Part shown: one piece after another, positions 10,153-19,291 of the stretch
How positions within the stretch are numbered: the first letter of the stretch is position 1
How the letters are laid out: every line of letters begins with the position of its first letter
DNA from: a bacterium
Lineage (GTDB): Bacteria; Zhuqueibacterota; Zhuqueibacteria; Residuimicrobiales; Krinioviventaceae
Length of the DNA stretch: 64,000 bases
Assembly (NCBI GenBank): GCA_963693055.1
Contig: OY843751.1
Coordinates: forward strand, 2,848,001-2,912,000
Direction: 5' to 3'
Notes under the pieces: model-generated
Told to the model about the DNA's origin: nothing
Seen by the model: the letters and a program-made list of their open reading frames with translations, nothing else
The model's database searches: none
Position numbers and translations under genes: made by a program

Positions 10153-10959
10153 TTATACAACAGCTTTAGCGTAACAAACTTCTAAATACTCGTTAGCCTC
10201 TAAAGCGGTTTCAAGGGAAACAACGCCGGTAGATTCTGTTACACCATCAATCAAGCGGGTACCCTGAATGTCATTTGCACCCCATTTTTTGATATAAACA
10301 AAATTGTCAAGAACCCAGTCAATCAATTCGCCGTTAGCCGTTTTGGTAACCAATTTTACCGGGGTTGCGTTCAATGCAAAATCTGTAGCGCTCCCGTCTC
10401 CCTGAAAAACTTCGGTAACCAATTCAGCGCCTTTATTCAAAACAAATGGGTCAAATTTTGAATAAAAAGGCAATGACAACATATTGTTATCTTTTGCGCT
10501 ACCTGCATTGAAAGCCTTGAGTATAATGTCTTGATAAACAAGGGTCTGTTGTACGGTTTTTCCATCTTTAGCCCTTTGGACAACCTCAATATTTGCAACA
10601 GGTCTATCCTCAACCCTCGAAATAGGCAGGGCGTATTGACCTTCAGAACCCCAGGTTATACCCAATGTTTCCGCAAAAAACTCAACCGCATAAATAGCCG
10701 GTAACGAAAATGTCCCATCGAATTGATAATCTTGCCGAAATTTTGTTGACCTATTAAAGCTACCTTGCACAAAAACTTCAACCTCTGTATTCGGGGTGGG
10801 TGTATTTGCAGTAATAGCGTCAAGGCCGTTAATTGCAAAAGTAGAAACCGGGTTTGCAACAGTCTTTGAAATTGGATGAATCCGGGTTAAATTGTTTGCA
10901 CCTACATTAATTTTGGCTTCCACCGGTGTAGATACTTGGTAATTTCTCGCAACTGACAT
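10153..10959 (-). CDS. Major tail tube protein
   Basis: 268 aa, beta-rich, position between tail terminator and chaperone; C-terminal FQGDGSATDF accessory domain. Confidence 0.7.
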   Translation of the reverse strand: MSVARNYQVSTPVEAKINVGANNLTRIHPISKTVANPVSTFAINGLDAITANTPTPNTEVEVFVQGSFNRSTKFRQDYQFDGTFSLPAIYAVEFFAETLGITWGSEGQYALPISRVEDRPVANIEVVQRAKDGKTVQQTLVYQDIILKAFNAGSAKDNNMLSLPFYSKFDPFVLNKGAELVTEVFQGDGSATDFALNATPVKLVTKTANGELIDWVLDNFVYIKKWGANDIQGTRLIDGVTESTGVVSLETALEANEYLEVCYAKAVV

Positions 10960-10976
10960 TTTTAAAATCTCCTATC

Positions 10977-11456
10977 TTATGCCGTTAAATTAATAGTAAA
11001 TAAACATCTAAAATCATTATTATCTATATCTATGGGCCTATAATCATAAGAGTTGAATAATATGCCCTGTGTAAATAATGTTTGATCTGTAAAAGTATCC
11101 CCGCCCAACTCAACAGGGAATGTAATCTCATAAAACTTTTTAAGGTTATTAAAATAACTCAACATTTGCGATTCCATTATGTTAAGTTCTCCCGGCCCAC
11201 CGTGTTCACGGCCTACCCACAACCCAATTATTAAACTCCAATTATTTATATTCTCCCCACCCTGAAAACCAAATGTTGCAACCGGCTTGGGAGATTCAAT
11301 ATAAATTATCGGCTTTTCAAAGTTCTCAAAGATCTTTGTATCTGGGTAATTTAAAATAACATCCCAATCTGTAAATGGTGAAACGGTTTCACTCAAATAA
11401 TTAAACAGGGAATAAACTACCTGTTGTATGTCATCCACTTTATGAGACGTTCGCAT
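10977..11456 (-). CDS. Tail terminator/completion protein
   Basis: Size and synteny. Confidence 0.55.
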   Translation of the reverse strand: MRTSHKVDDIQQVVYSLFNYLSETVSPFTDWDVILNYPDTKIFENFEKPIIYIESPKPVATFGFQGGENINNWSLIIGLWVGREHGGPGELNIMESQMLSYFNNLKKFYEITFPVELGGDTFTDQTLFTQGILFNSYDYRPIDIDNNDFRCLFTINLTA

Positions 11457-11908
11457 TAACCTACCTTTTGCCCTGTGCGCCTAATGGCAAGGGTCAATTC
11501 ATAATTCCATTTATTCATAACAGCCGGGGCCAACAACCGTATGGGGTCTGACAAATAACGCCGGGGCTTTGTATATCTGTTTCCCTCATGTACATCTTTT
11601 ACATGCCCTGCAATACGTTCATCAAAGCCAATAGCTGTTAAATGTATAAAGTTTTCATATCTACCTAACACAGTAGTAAACCTAGCGTTAGATAAGTTTG
11701 ACGTTCTCCGGGGAATGGGTGTCTTGCCAATTCTGGAATCGTCTTTTCCTCTTACGCTTGGGTGTATGCCCGGCCCGGATATGTTTTTAATCACATCCTG
11801 CATTACTCTATCATTACCCCACACAACAGCTTTTTCTATCGCTTCGGGGTACATCTTGAGTATTTCCTCAACCTTTTTTGAGAAATTATTTTGAACGCCG
11901 TATTGCAT
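11456..11908 (-). CDS. Neck/tail completion protein (HK97 gp10-like)
   Basis: PRRTSNL and VHEGNRYTKPRRYL motifs typical of gp10-like proteins. Confidence 0.65.
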   Translation of the reverse strand: MQYGVQNNFSKKVEEILKMYPEAIEKAVVWGNDRVMQDVIKNISGPGIHPSVRGKDDSRIGKTPIPRRTSNLSNARFTTVLGRYENFIHLTAIGFDERIAGHVKDVHEGNRYTKPRRYLSDPIRLLAPAVMNKWNYELTLAIRRTGQKVG

Positions 11909-11909
11909 T

Positions 11910-12428
11910 TTATTCCTTTTGACTTAATACCACAAGTTGACCCACTTGGTCACTGGTAGAAAAATTAAACACATTTTTCACAATGTACTTTGTCCCGTCA
12001 TACAAAATATAATCGCTTGATTTGTTCAAAGTGGATAAATTCAAAAAAGCCCCGTCACTAACCCGGACGGTTCCGAACAATGCCAAATCACTCTCTTGAA
12101 TTTCTCCAATTTGTTCAAGTTGCTGTTTGTTTAATAGTCCAGACCCAACATTTAAAACCAAAGGCGAAAAGGTACCCTTGCATATTGTTTCTGTTGGTGT
12201 ACCGTCAATAATACCAGTACCCTTGCAATCCAATTCATCCGGGTTTAACCTGTGCCATTCTCGACTATATGAACCGTCTCGATATTCCAAGCAGGGACAA
12301 GAATCCCCGCCGGTCTTTTGGTTCAAAATAAAACTTTTACCATACGTCAACAGATTCACGCAAAACATTTCAAGGGGTGTCATAAACTCAAAGCCTTTCC
12401 CTTGAATGAATACGGCCTGATATAACAA
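11910..12428 (-). CDS. Head closure/stopper protein (true start probably about 12383, MTPLE)
   Basis: Synteny; CPC...CKGTG motif. Confidence 0.55.
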   Translation of the reverse strand: MLYQAVFIQGKGFEFMTPLEMFCVNLLTYGKSFILNQKTGGDSCPCLEYRDGSYSREWHRLNPDELDCKGTGIIDGTPTETICKGTFSPLVLNVGSGLLNKQQLEQIGEIQESDLALFGTVRVSDGAFLNLSTLNKSSDYILYDGTKYIVKNVFNFSTSDQVGQLVVLSQKE

Positions 12429-12775
12429 TCAATTAAATACAAGTAATCATTGATTTCTTTATTCAATATATCAATCATTTCTTTTTTATCGTTAGCCGGT
12501 ATGGGCTTTATTTTAATCGGCCCTGCTACATGTTCACGGGTCGGGGCCGAACTAATAACCCTTTGTGCTACAAAAGCAATTTCCGCCGCTTTTGCAAGTC
12601 CTTTATCATTATCAGTTAACCCGGTAAAAGATTTACTATTTTTCTCTAATACCTTATTTAACCATATATCCCCCGTTGGTATGTACGGGGTTGTCTCTAA
12701 AAGAGAATCAGGAATTTCAACGGACGTCAAAACTCTCAAGCGATTTCTAACGTCCGCCGCTGTTATGTTTGCCAT
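12380..12775 (-). CDS. Head-tail adaptor
   Basis: 131 aa helical protein starting MANITAADVR; synteny. Confidence 0.6.
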   Translation of the reverse strand: MANITAADVRNRLRVLTSVEIPDSLLETTPYIPTGDIWLNKVLEKNSKSFTGLTDNDKGLAKAAEIAFVAQRVISSAPTREHVAGPIKIKPIPANDKKEMIDILNKEINDYLYLIDCYIRPYSFKGKALSL

Positions 12776-13200
12776 TATTTAAAAGTCATCCATTGAAAAG
12801 AAACCGCCCCGGTTGTACCGGTTTTATTTAAAGCAAAAAATAGTGTATCAGCCCCGGCTTTTGCCGTCAAAGTCTGTACTGAATCTGCATTGCCTGACAA
12901 TGTTGCAATTACTTTATCTGTAGGTAATGCGCCCGCACACAAAACGGTATCATAAGCGGCATTCACTGCAAAGGTATCTTTCCCTGCAATTGTTGAAGAA
13001 AAAGCCAAGCTATCCGAAAAGGTCGGGCCGCTCAATGTTTTGTTTGTCAATGTAAACACACCGGTTTTAATCCATTTTTCAGCTTTGGGCCATTGATCCC
13101 AAACGATACCGGCCTCACCTGCACCCCACAGGGGAACAGAAACCGATACAACCAAACCAACAAAAGCAATTGAAAGCATTAATAAAAGTTTTTTGTTCAT
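12775..13200 (-). CDS. Signal-peptide-bearing protein in the head module
   Basis: N-terminus MNKKLLLMLSIAFVGLVVSVSVPLWG is a Sec-like signal; mature part is beta-rich. Confidence 0.7.
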   Translation of the reverse strand: MNKKLLLMLSIAFVGLVVSVSVPLWGAGEAGIVWDQWPKAEKWIKTGVFTLTNKTLSGPTFSDSLAFSSTIAGKDTFAVNAAYDTVLCAGALPTDKVIATLSGNADSVQTLTAKAGADTLFFALNKTGTTGAVSFQWMTFK

Positions 13201-13224
13201 TTCAAGAAATCCTTTGTTATTGTG

Positions 13225-13252
13225 AAAAAGCGGGTGTTTATGGCACCCGCTT
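13225..13252 (-). terminator. Rho-independent terminator after the major capsid gene
   Basis: aagcgggtg/cacccgctt stem plus U-run. Confidence 0.75.
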
Positions 13253-13264
13253 AATTATCGGTTA

Positions 13265-14386
13265 TTATGAAGCGTCAAGCGCACCAATTGCGTTCTGGTC
13301 TACAACTGAAAAGGCCGAACGTTTAGAAATTACAGTCTTTACAGATTGATTTGTAATTACCTTGTCCGTCTCTTGCAGGTGAAATGCATCGTTTGTCACG
13401 TATTCAATCGCATTAGCAGAATCAACACCAATTACTTTATCAGGGTCAGAGATAACGTCTCTATCCCATTCAATAACTTCCGGCAATGTAAGGGATGTCA
13501 TTCCCCACTGTGCCGCCGGGTTAGACATATCGCTCAAAGCGTCCCGGATGTCAATTGCACGATCTTTTTTGGCTACAGCTTTATTTAGCTGGTATGGTTG
13601 CGGCAACGCAGACGCTAATTTAATAACGTCTTTCTTGGTTATAGAACCGCTTGTTTCAACTGATTGCGTATTATCCGCTAACAACCCGTTACTTGTTGAT
13701 AATGCACCGTCACCATTAAACAATACATTGATAAGGGCATCAGATTCCTGCAAACCAATTTGTTTACCCATCCTCTCGATAGCCAAAGCAAAAATATTAA
13801 TTCTTGCTGCCATCAGGATTTCATAACCATAATCCAAAGTTCTACCAAATTTACCCAAAGAAATATTTTGCTTTCCATGTTTAATGGTAGTTGTTGGAAA
13901 TTCGGTTTTACCTGCTACCTTTTTCCATTCACGATCTTTTTCTTGATCTTCAAGGTACAGTTTAGCAAAACTCAACTCGTCAATCCCTGACATTATAGCA
14001 ACAAGCCTGGGGACAATAGAACCCTGCAAAGAACCTGCATAAACTCTGTTGGAAATAAATTCAGGGAACAAAACGCTTGTACCCGAACCAACAAAAAATT
14101 TATCCACTTTATCTGTATACATTCCAAACGCTTTAACGTCATGGGCTTCTAACTGCATTTCAAAAGCAGTTTTAGGAACTTCTTTTCCCTGCTTGGCAAG
14201 GCTTGCTTGTTTTAAAGCAACCTCAAAATTCGTAAGGCCAAAATAGGGCGTTGGTTCCATTCCTTTTTCTATTTGGTATTCCTCAAGCCAACCGGAAAAG
14301 GATTTTCCAGTCCTTGCGGCTTGCTCATACATACCCACCTCAAGGGGGATACGTTTAATTCCGTTTACTTCTTGCATTGCTGGCAT
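13265..14386 (-). CDS. Major capsid protein (HK97 fold)
   Basis: 373 aa, LFPEFI and KFGRTL motifs, followed by a terminator; synteny. Confidence 0.85.
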   Translation of the reverse strand: MPAMQEVNGIKRIPLEVGMYEQAARTGKSFSGWLEEYQIEKGMEPTPYFGLTNFEVALKQASLAKQGKEVPKTAFEMQLEAHDVKAFGMYTDKVDKFFVGSGTSVLFPEFISNRVYAGSLQGSIVPRLVAIMSGIDELSFAKLYLEDQEKDREWKKVAGKTEFPTTTIKHGKQNISLGKFGRTLDYGYEILMAARINIFALAIERMGKQIGLQESDALINVLFNGDGALSTSNGLLADNTQSVETSGSITKKDVIKLASALPQPYQLNKAVAKKDRAIDIRDALSDMSNPAAQWGMTSLTLPEVIEWDRDVISDPDKVIGVDSANAIEYVTNDAFHLQETDKVITNQSVKTVISKRSAFSVVDQNAIGALDAS

Positions 14387-14429
14387 CTGTGTAACTCCCA
14401 GTTTATTTTAAATTCAATTTCCGGACGTA

Positions 14430-14879
14430 TTAAAACAATACATCTACAGTTTCATTTGCGGTATCTTTGGCAATCACCTTGCCCCGTCCACCCTCTCCAC
14501 CGTCTTTTACAGCGTCATAGTCATCACCCGAAACAACAACAGTATCACCTATTGCAATAGTGCCGCTATATGCCAGGTTCGCAATAACACCCATACCATT
14601 ATAAGCGTCGTTTTGATCTTTGTAACTGAACAATTCAACACCCAACAGGTAAGACGTTCCATCTTTTTCAACAGTAACAAGCCTACCGTCAAACTCTCCA
14701 CCGTCCGCCGGGCTTGTTACTTCATACCCATTAATCCCGGTATAAGCAACAAGGCGACCCTCTGGGGTCTCATTGTTTGCCAATAGTGCGGTAATTTCAT
14801 CCTTGAATGTGGAATCAGGAATACAGGTAACTATTAACTTTTCCCCCTGATCTCCACCGCCAATACTCATATTTTGCAT
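14430..14879 (-). CDS. Capsid decoration/cement protein
   Basis: 149 aa beta-rich protein between protease and capsid genes. Confidence 0.6.
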   Translation of the reverse strand: MQNMSIGGGDQGEKLIVTCIPDSTFKDEITALLANNETPEGRLVAYTGINGYEVTSPADGGEFDGRLVTVEKDGTSYLLGVELFSYKDQNDAYNGMGVIANLAYSGTIAIGDTVVVSGDDYDAVKDGGEGGRGKVIAKDTANETVDVLF

Positions 14880-14922
14880 TTCAAAAACTCCCTAATTTAT
14901 AATAAATTTGTTTATTTCTGTT

Positions 14923-16458
14923 TTATCGGTTCAACACAGAAATATTAACCGGGGCCTGAAAACGGTTCGGGCCTTTGGGCTTTGCATTTTCTGCATTATC
15001 CGGGGTGTCTGGGTTAAATTTGCCGTCCGGTGGATTGCTTTTTTCATAGATGGCTTTATAGTCATCAATGAAATGTTGAATTTCAGAGACAGGCAGTTTT
15101 TGCATAAACTCAAGCCGTTTTTGGCCCTCATCCCCTGTGGGGATAATCTTTGCAAGTTGACCCAGTCTTAAGGCTTCGGCTGCTTTTTCAGCTTTTACGG
15201 CTGTTTCCATTTCTGCCAACGCTTTAACCCGTTCAATGGAATAGCTTTCACCAAAAACACCTTTGATTTGGTCAAGTTCGTTTTGAACGGCTGTTAATTG
15301 ATCTGTAGATTTTACTGCATCGGCTTCGTAAATATCTACAGCACTTTTAACGGCTTCAATAACCGCATTTTTAACAGCGTCCTGGGATTCATCCGAACCG
15401 ATCAACAAAGTTTTAGAAAATTTCTTTTCCTTAACTTCATAGTCAATTGTAATACTCTGTTTTGCCATTGTGTTAACCTCTTTTGAATTTTTATTATCAG
15501 TTACATTATTAAATTCCGGTACTTGTTCGCCTGCTAACACCTTGCAAATATTTTCAAGGTCATTATCAGAGAACGATAAAAAAGCCGGGTTATACGCTTG
15601 TAATGCACTTTTAAGCACCTTACGGGTACCCGCACCATATTGCGAACCAAGAAACACAAGTGAACCCTCTAACGCTTCGGCCTCTCTTGTATCTGCATTT
15701 TGATATTCCCAATATTCCACACCGTCCCCGTCCGGGGTCTTTACAGGGTCAAGAATGGGCGCACGAAATCCTATTGACATATCCCGCATAATCCCGGAAT
15801 CAATCTTGTCTACTTTTTCGGTATCAGTTGCAAGTACATAATACTTTGCAACAAGCCAATAAATAGCCCCGTCTTTTTTTTCAATTTTCGCTAATTGCTT
15901 TTTGAGGGTCTTGTCAGGGTGTCCGCCTACAAAATCAATTACTTCATCAATAGACATCTTTACAAGTTTGGCATCAAAAAAACGCCCCTCACCTGTACCG
16001 CCCCAATCATGCCCGTAAAGCAAAGCCCGGCCCGGCAAAGTTTTAACAAAGGATTTCAATACCTGTGCGGAAAAACGTTCCCGGTCACGGTCAACAAAAT
16101 TATGGGCTAAATATGACTTGTAAACTCTAAAGTCATCCATTGAAAACCTGTCAGGGTTTGCCATGTATTTTCTCATTAACTCAAAATCGGCTTTCGTAAC
16201 ATCAACAGATTTGGCCCGGTAACCTGCAAGGGTCTTATTCAACACATTGTCATTTTCAGGTACCGGTATAATGCCCTTTATAGATTCGATACAGTCCGCC
16301 GGGGCTTTAAATTCTCCACCGTCAAATCTTAATATATTTTCATCTTTCATATATATAACATTGTCCGGCAAACGCTCCGGGTTGATTTCAATACCCTTAA
16401 CGTCAAGCAAAAAACCTAACCCGTTCATGTGTTCAATTTTATCAATAAACTTTTTCAT
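14923..16458 (-). CDS. Prohead protease fused to scaffold
   Basis: VDRDRERFS, LYGHDW, MSIGF and LEGSLV protease motifs plus a coiled-coil C-terminus. Confidence 0.8.
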   Translation of the reverse strand: MKKFIDKIEHMNGLGFLLDVKGIEINPERLPDNVIYMKDENILRFDGGEFKAPADCIESIKGIIPVPENDNVLNKTLAGYRAKSVDVTKADFELMRKYMANPDRFSMDDFRVYKSYLAHNFVDRDRERFSAQVLKSFVKTLPGRALLYGHDWGGTGEGRFFDAKLVKMSIDEVIDFVGGHPDKTLKKQLAKIEKKDGAIYWLVAKYYVLATDTEKVDKIDSGIMRDMSIGFRAPILDPVKTPDGDGVEYWEYQNADTREAEALEGSLVFLGSQYGAGTRKVLKSALQAYNPAFLSFSDNDLENICKVLAGEQVPEFNNVTDNKNSKEVNTMAKQSITIDYEVKEKKFSKTLLIGSDESQDAVKNAVIEAVKSAVDIYEADAVKSTDQLTAVQNELDQIKGVFGESYSIERVKALAEMETAVKAEKAAEALRLGQLAKIIPTGDEGQKRLEFMQKLPVSEIQHFIDDYKAIYEKSNPPDGKFNPDTPDNAENAKPKGPNRFQAPVNISVLNR

Positions 16459-16466
16459 TTCGGCCT

Positions 16467-16775
16467 TTACTTGGTTTTTGCGGGTACGTCTTTGAATGTT
16501 GCACGGGTCTCTGTGAAAGACTCTTTTTGACCGGTTTTCTTTTCAGGTTCAACCTGTGGCGCAACCGTCACTTTTTTAGCCCGTTCGATTGCCAGTTTTA
16601 GCTTGGGATGCATGGCACCCAATATAAGGCGTTTAACCGTTTTACTTTTCCCGTTTTCATAACGGTTGTACAGCTCGTAATCTCGTTCGGTAACATTAAA
16701 CTTTTTGCCGTCTATATTTATAATTGGCATTTTATTAACCTCTCTTTTAAATTTTAGTATACATTGCTTTAACAT
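16467..16775 (-). CDS. Hypothetical protein (start probably MPIIN)
   Basis: In-operon ORF. Confidence 0.55.
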   Translation of the reverse strand: MLKQCILKFKREVNKMPIINIDGKKFNVTERDYELYNRYENGKSKTVKRLILGAMHPKLKLAIERAKKVTVAPQVEPEKKTGQKESFTETRATFKDVPAKTK

Positions 16776-17619
16776 TTTCTAATATGTTCAAGAAGTTTGA
16801 ATCTTTACGCAAAATACCAGTAAACAATCCGGGGCCATCCGCAAACCATTCACTTGTTTCATAACCCCATACAACCGCCGGGCATCCTGTGGCCCCTGCT
16901 ATATGAGCAATACCAGAATCACGGCCTAAAAACATCAAACTATTTTCTAATACATACCCAATTTGTCCAAGCGATAATTTGCCACGTAAATCAAGGCCGT
17001 AAATATTTTCGCCACAATTCAAGGGCTTATCATTACCAACAAAAACAACTTTTACCCCCAAGTCTGCTATATAGTCAAGTAGGGGCATTATAAGTCTGGG
17101 TTTTATGTTTTTGCTTTTCACCTTATCAATATTCCTTAGATGTACGGTAATGTATTTGTCTGGTAAAAGGTAGGCAGGTTTGCAAGGCTTTTCAATATTT
17201 TGTGGGTAAATCATGCCAAACTTTTTTATATTTTTTGACTCTCTTTGTATTACTATCCTATAGACGTTTGGCCCTGAAATCCGCCTAAATTGTCCGGGAA
17301 TAGATGAAACAAAGATCTTTACAAGTCGTTTGTTGTTTAGGTGGGCCTTGAATTGCTCCCAGCTTTCCGAAAAAATTACATATTCCCCCGGATTGTCAAG
17401 CAAGTATTTTTCTTTTATATTAGTAGATACAATTAAATCCCCTAGACCCTCCCCAAAGGGAGAAAATAAAGTAACCCCGCCCTTTATATTTTTGGGGTAC
17501 TGGCCCATATAAATCACAGTAAAACACCGGGGGCAAATCAACCCCCGGTTACTGAATTTTTTATAGTCCGGCTTTGCACAAGAAACCACCTCCCCACACA
17601 CCGAACATTTAAAAAACAA
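16747..17619 (-). CDS. Glycosyltransferase family 9 (heptosyltransferase-like) with N-terminal zinc finger
   Basis: GLGDLI; DLRGKLSLGQ...FLGRDSGIAHIAGATGCPAV; CSVC...CPRC. Confidence 0.85.
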   Translation of the reverse strand: MFFKCSVCGEVVSCAKPDYKKFSNRGLICPRCFTVIYMGQYPKNIKGGVTLFSPFGEGLGDLIVSTNIKEKYLLDNPGEYVIFSESWEQFKAHLNNKRLVKIFVSSIPGQFRRISGPNVYRIVIQRESKNIKKFGMIYPQNIEKPCKPAYLLPDKYITVHLRNIDKVKSKNIKPRLIMPLLDYIADLGVKVVFVGNDKPLNCGENIYGLDLRGKLSLGQIGYVLENSLMFLGRDSGIAHIAGATGCPAVVWGYETSEWFADGPGLFTGILRKDSNFLNILENVKAMYTKI

Positions 17620-17968
17620 TATTCCCCCCTGATTGTTGACGTAACACCTGCTTTAGCTCTTTACGCTCGTCATCTTGTTTTTTATTTTGATCTAATGCTT
17701 TTTCTACTCGGTTGTTAATACGTTGTATTGCAAGGTCATGGTCATGGTCAACCTTTTCTCGTTCTTTGATGCAAACCGTATTAATATTGATCTTTGAGTT
17801 TAACGGGAAAAGCCAAGCCGTTAACAAAGCATTTGCAGTAAATGACATTATCATAAAAACCAACGTCACAATAACGCTTGTTTTTTCAAATATCCACCCA
17901 CCGTTCCCATCACTTTTAAAGTTCTTTTTTGCCATTTGTCCGCCTGAATTTGTTAGTAAAATTTTCAA
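17609..17968 (-). CDS. Single-TM coiled-coil protein
   Basis: Hydrophobic VIVTLVFMIMSFTANALLTAWLF followed by a charged helix. Confidence 0.6.
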   Translation of the reverse strand: MKILLTNSGGQMAKKNFKSDGNGGWIFEKTSVIVTLVFMIMSFTANALLTAWLFPLNSKININTVCIKEREKVDHDHDLAIQRINNRVEKALDQNKKQDDERKELKQVLRQQSGGNIVF

Positions 17969-18104
17969 TTAATAGTTTTACCCTTAAAAGAAACATTTTC
18001 CTGTTTATCGCTTTGACCTGTTTGTTTAATGGCTTTGATGTTTTTTTAATATCAAAATATTCAACTTTGCCAAATTCTTTTAATTTGTCCTTTACGTCTT
18101 TCAT
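17916..18104 (-). CDS. Small basic hypothetical protein
   Basis: ATG overlaps the upstream stop codon. Confidence 0.45.
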   Translation of the reverse strand: MKDVKDKLKEFGKVEYFDIKKTSKPLNKQVKAINRKMFLLRVKLLIENFTNKFRRTNGKKEL

Positions 18105-19291
18105 CTTAATAACCCCAGGTTGCTTGCTAGTTCCTCAATACTGTATGGTACATCATAGGGAGACCCCAAAGGTTGCCCGGTTTCTGGGTCTGTTCGTTCC
18201 CACTTGTTTTGAACCGTTCCGGTATACTGGTAATATGGAACCCGTATACAAAGACAATGCGGGTGCGTATCATATACCGGGCTTGGCCCCTCCCCAAAAT
18301 TCCACACCTCATTACTAAATACTTGGCAAACCTCACAAGCATTTGAAGCGGTTGACCATTGTTCATATTTAACCCCGGATTCTTGGCCCCAATAATCAAA
18401 CGCCCGGTTAGATGCAATAACGGTTTCACTACGGGCTAACCGGTTCCAATGCCATAAATGCCCCTCACCAATAGCTTTATGTATGAACCGGCCTACCTGC
18501 ATAGGATAAAGCCCATCTTTTGCCATCTGCTTTAATAATACGGCTAACTCTTTGCGCTTGGCAATTGTCAGGGGCGCACTTATTCGCTGTACTGCTGTTT
18601 GTAACATAGCCCTGAAATAATCATTATCAAGGGCCATTATTATAGTTTGCAAATACTCAAGCATGTGTTCTGGGGCAACTGCAAGGGCCATTTTTTTAGC
18701 ACGGTTAAACCCAATTGTAAAAGCGTTTAAAATAAACCACTCAACAATACTCATTTCCGCATCTGCTTTAGTGAATCCGCCGGCTAAAACTATGCTTTTA
18801 GGCGTTATTATTTTCCCGTCCGAAACGTCTAAATTCCCTACAAGGTCTTTTTTCCACTGGTCAAAAATACGGTCAAGGCCGTTTTGCATGGAAGTTGTAA
18901 ACTCAAAGCTACCGGATTCATCTACTGTATCGTTCGATACGCTTTCCCGGATAGCGTTAATATCCGGTAGCTTTAACAAAGTCAAAATGTCCTTTTCATA
19001 TTCGGTCACTTTTTCAGCAAACGCCTTAAAAAAGTCAACCTGTAGTTTTTGCATTTCCCGCCACCGGTGTTTTCTACCGGCTAACTGCTGTTCTATAACG
19101 CTAGAACTTTTTAACCTGTGGTCATCACAACCACAGGCCCGAAATACCTTATCATGGCCCGGCAAATTGTCCGGGACAATCAACCCCTGTGCCACGCTTA
19201 AAATATGGTTGTGATCATCCCAGTACAAAGAATTCGTTTCACTCAAGGCCGGATGTTTCCCCAAAGCCTCAATTAATATTTTATTTTCCAT
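18101..19291 (-). CDS. Minor head morphogenesis protein (MuF/SPP1 gp7-like)
   Basis: RLARSET, CEVC and HPHCLC motifs; follows the portal; start reassigned to MENKIL. Confidence 0.85.
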   Translation of the reverse strand: MENKILIEALGKHPALSETNSLYWDDHNHILSVAQGLIVPDNLPGHDKVFRACGCDDHRLKSSSVIEQQLAGRKHRWREMQKLQVDFFKAFAEKVTEYEKDILTLLKLPDINAIRESVSNDTVDESGSFEFTTSMQNGLDRIFDQWKKDLVGNLDVSDGKIITPKSIVLAGGFTKADAEMSIVEWFILNAFTIGFNRAKKMALAVAPEHMLEYLQTIIMALDNDYFRAMLQTAVQRISAPLTIAKRKELAVLLKQMAKDGLYPMQVGRFIHKAIGEGHLWHWNRLARSETVIASNRAFDYWGQESGVKYEQWSTASNACEVCQVFSNEVWNFGEGPSPVYDTHPHCLCIRVPYYQYTGTVQNKWERTDPETGQPLGSPYDVPYSIEELASNLGLLR

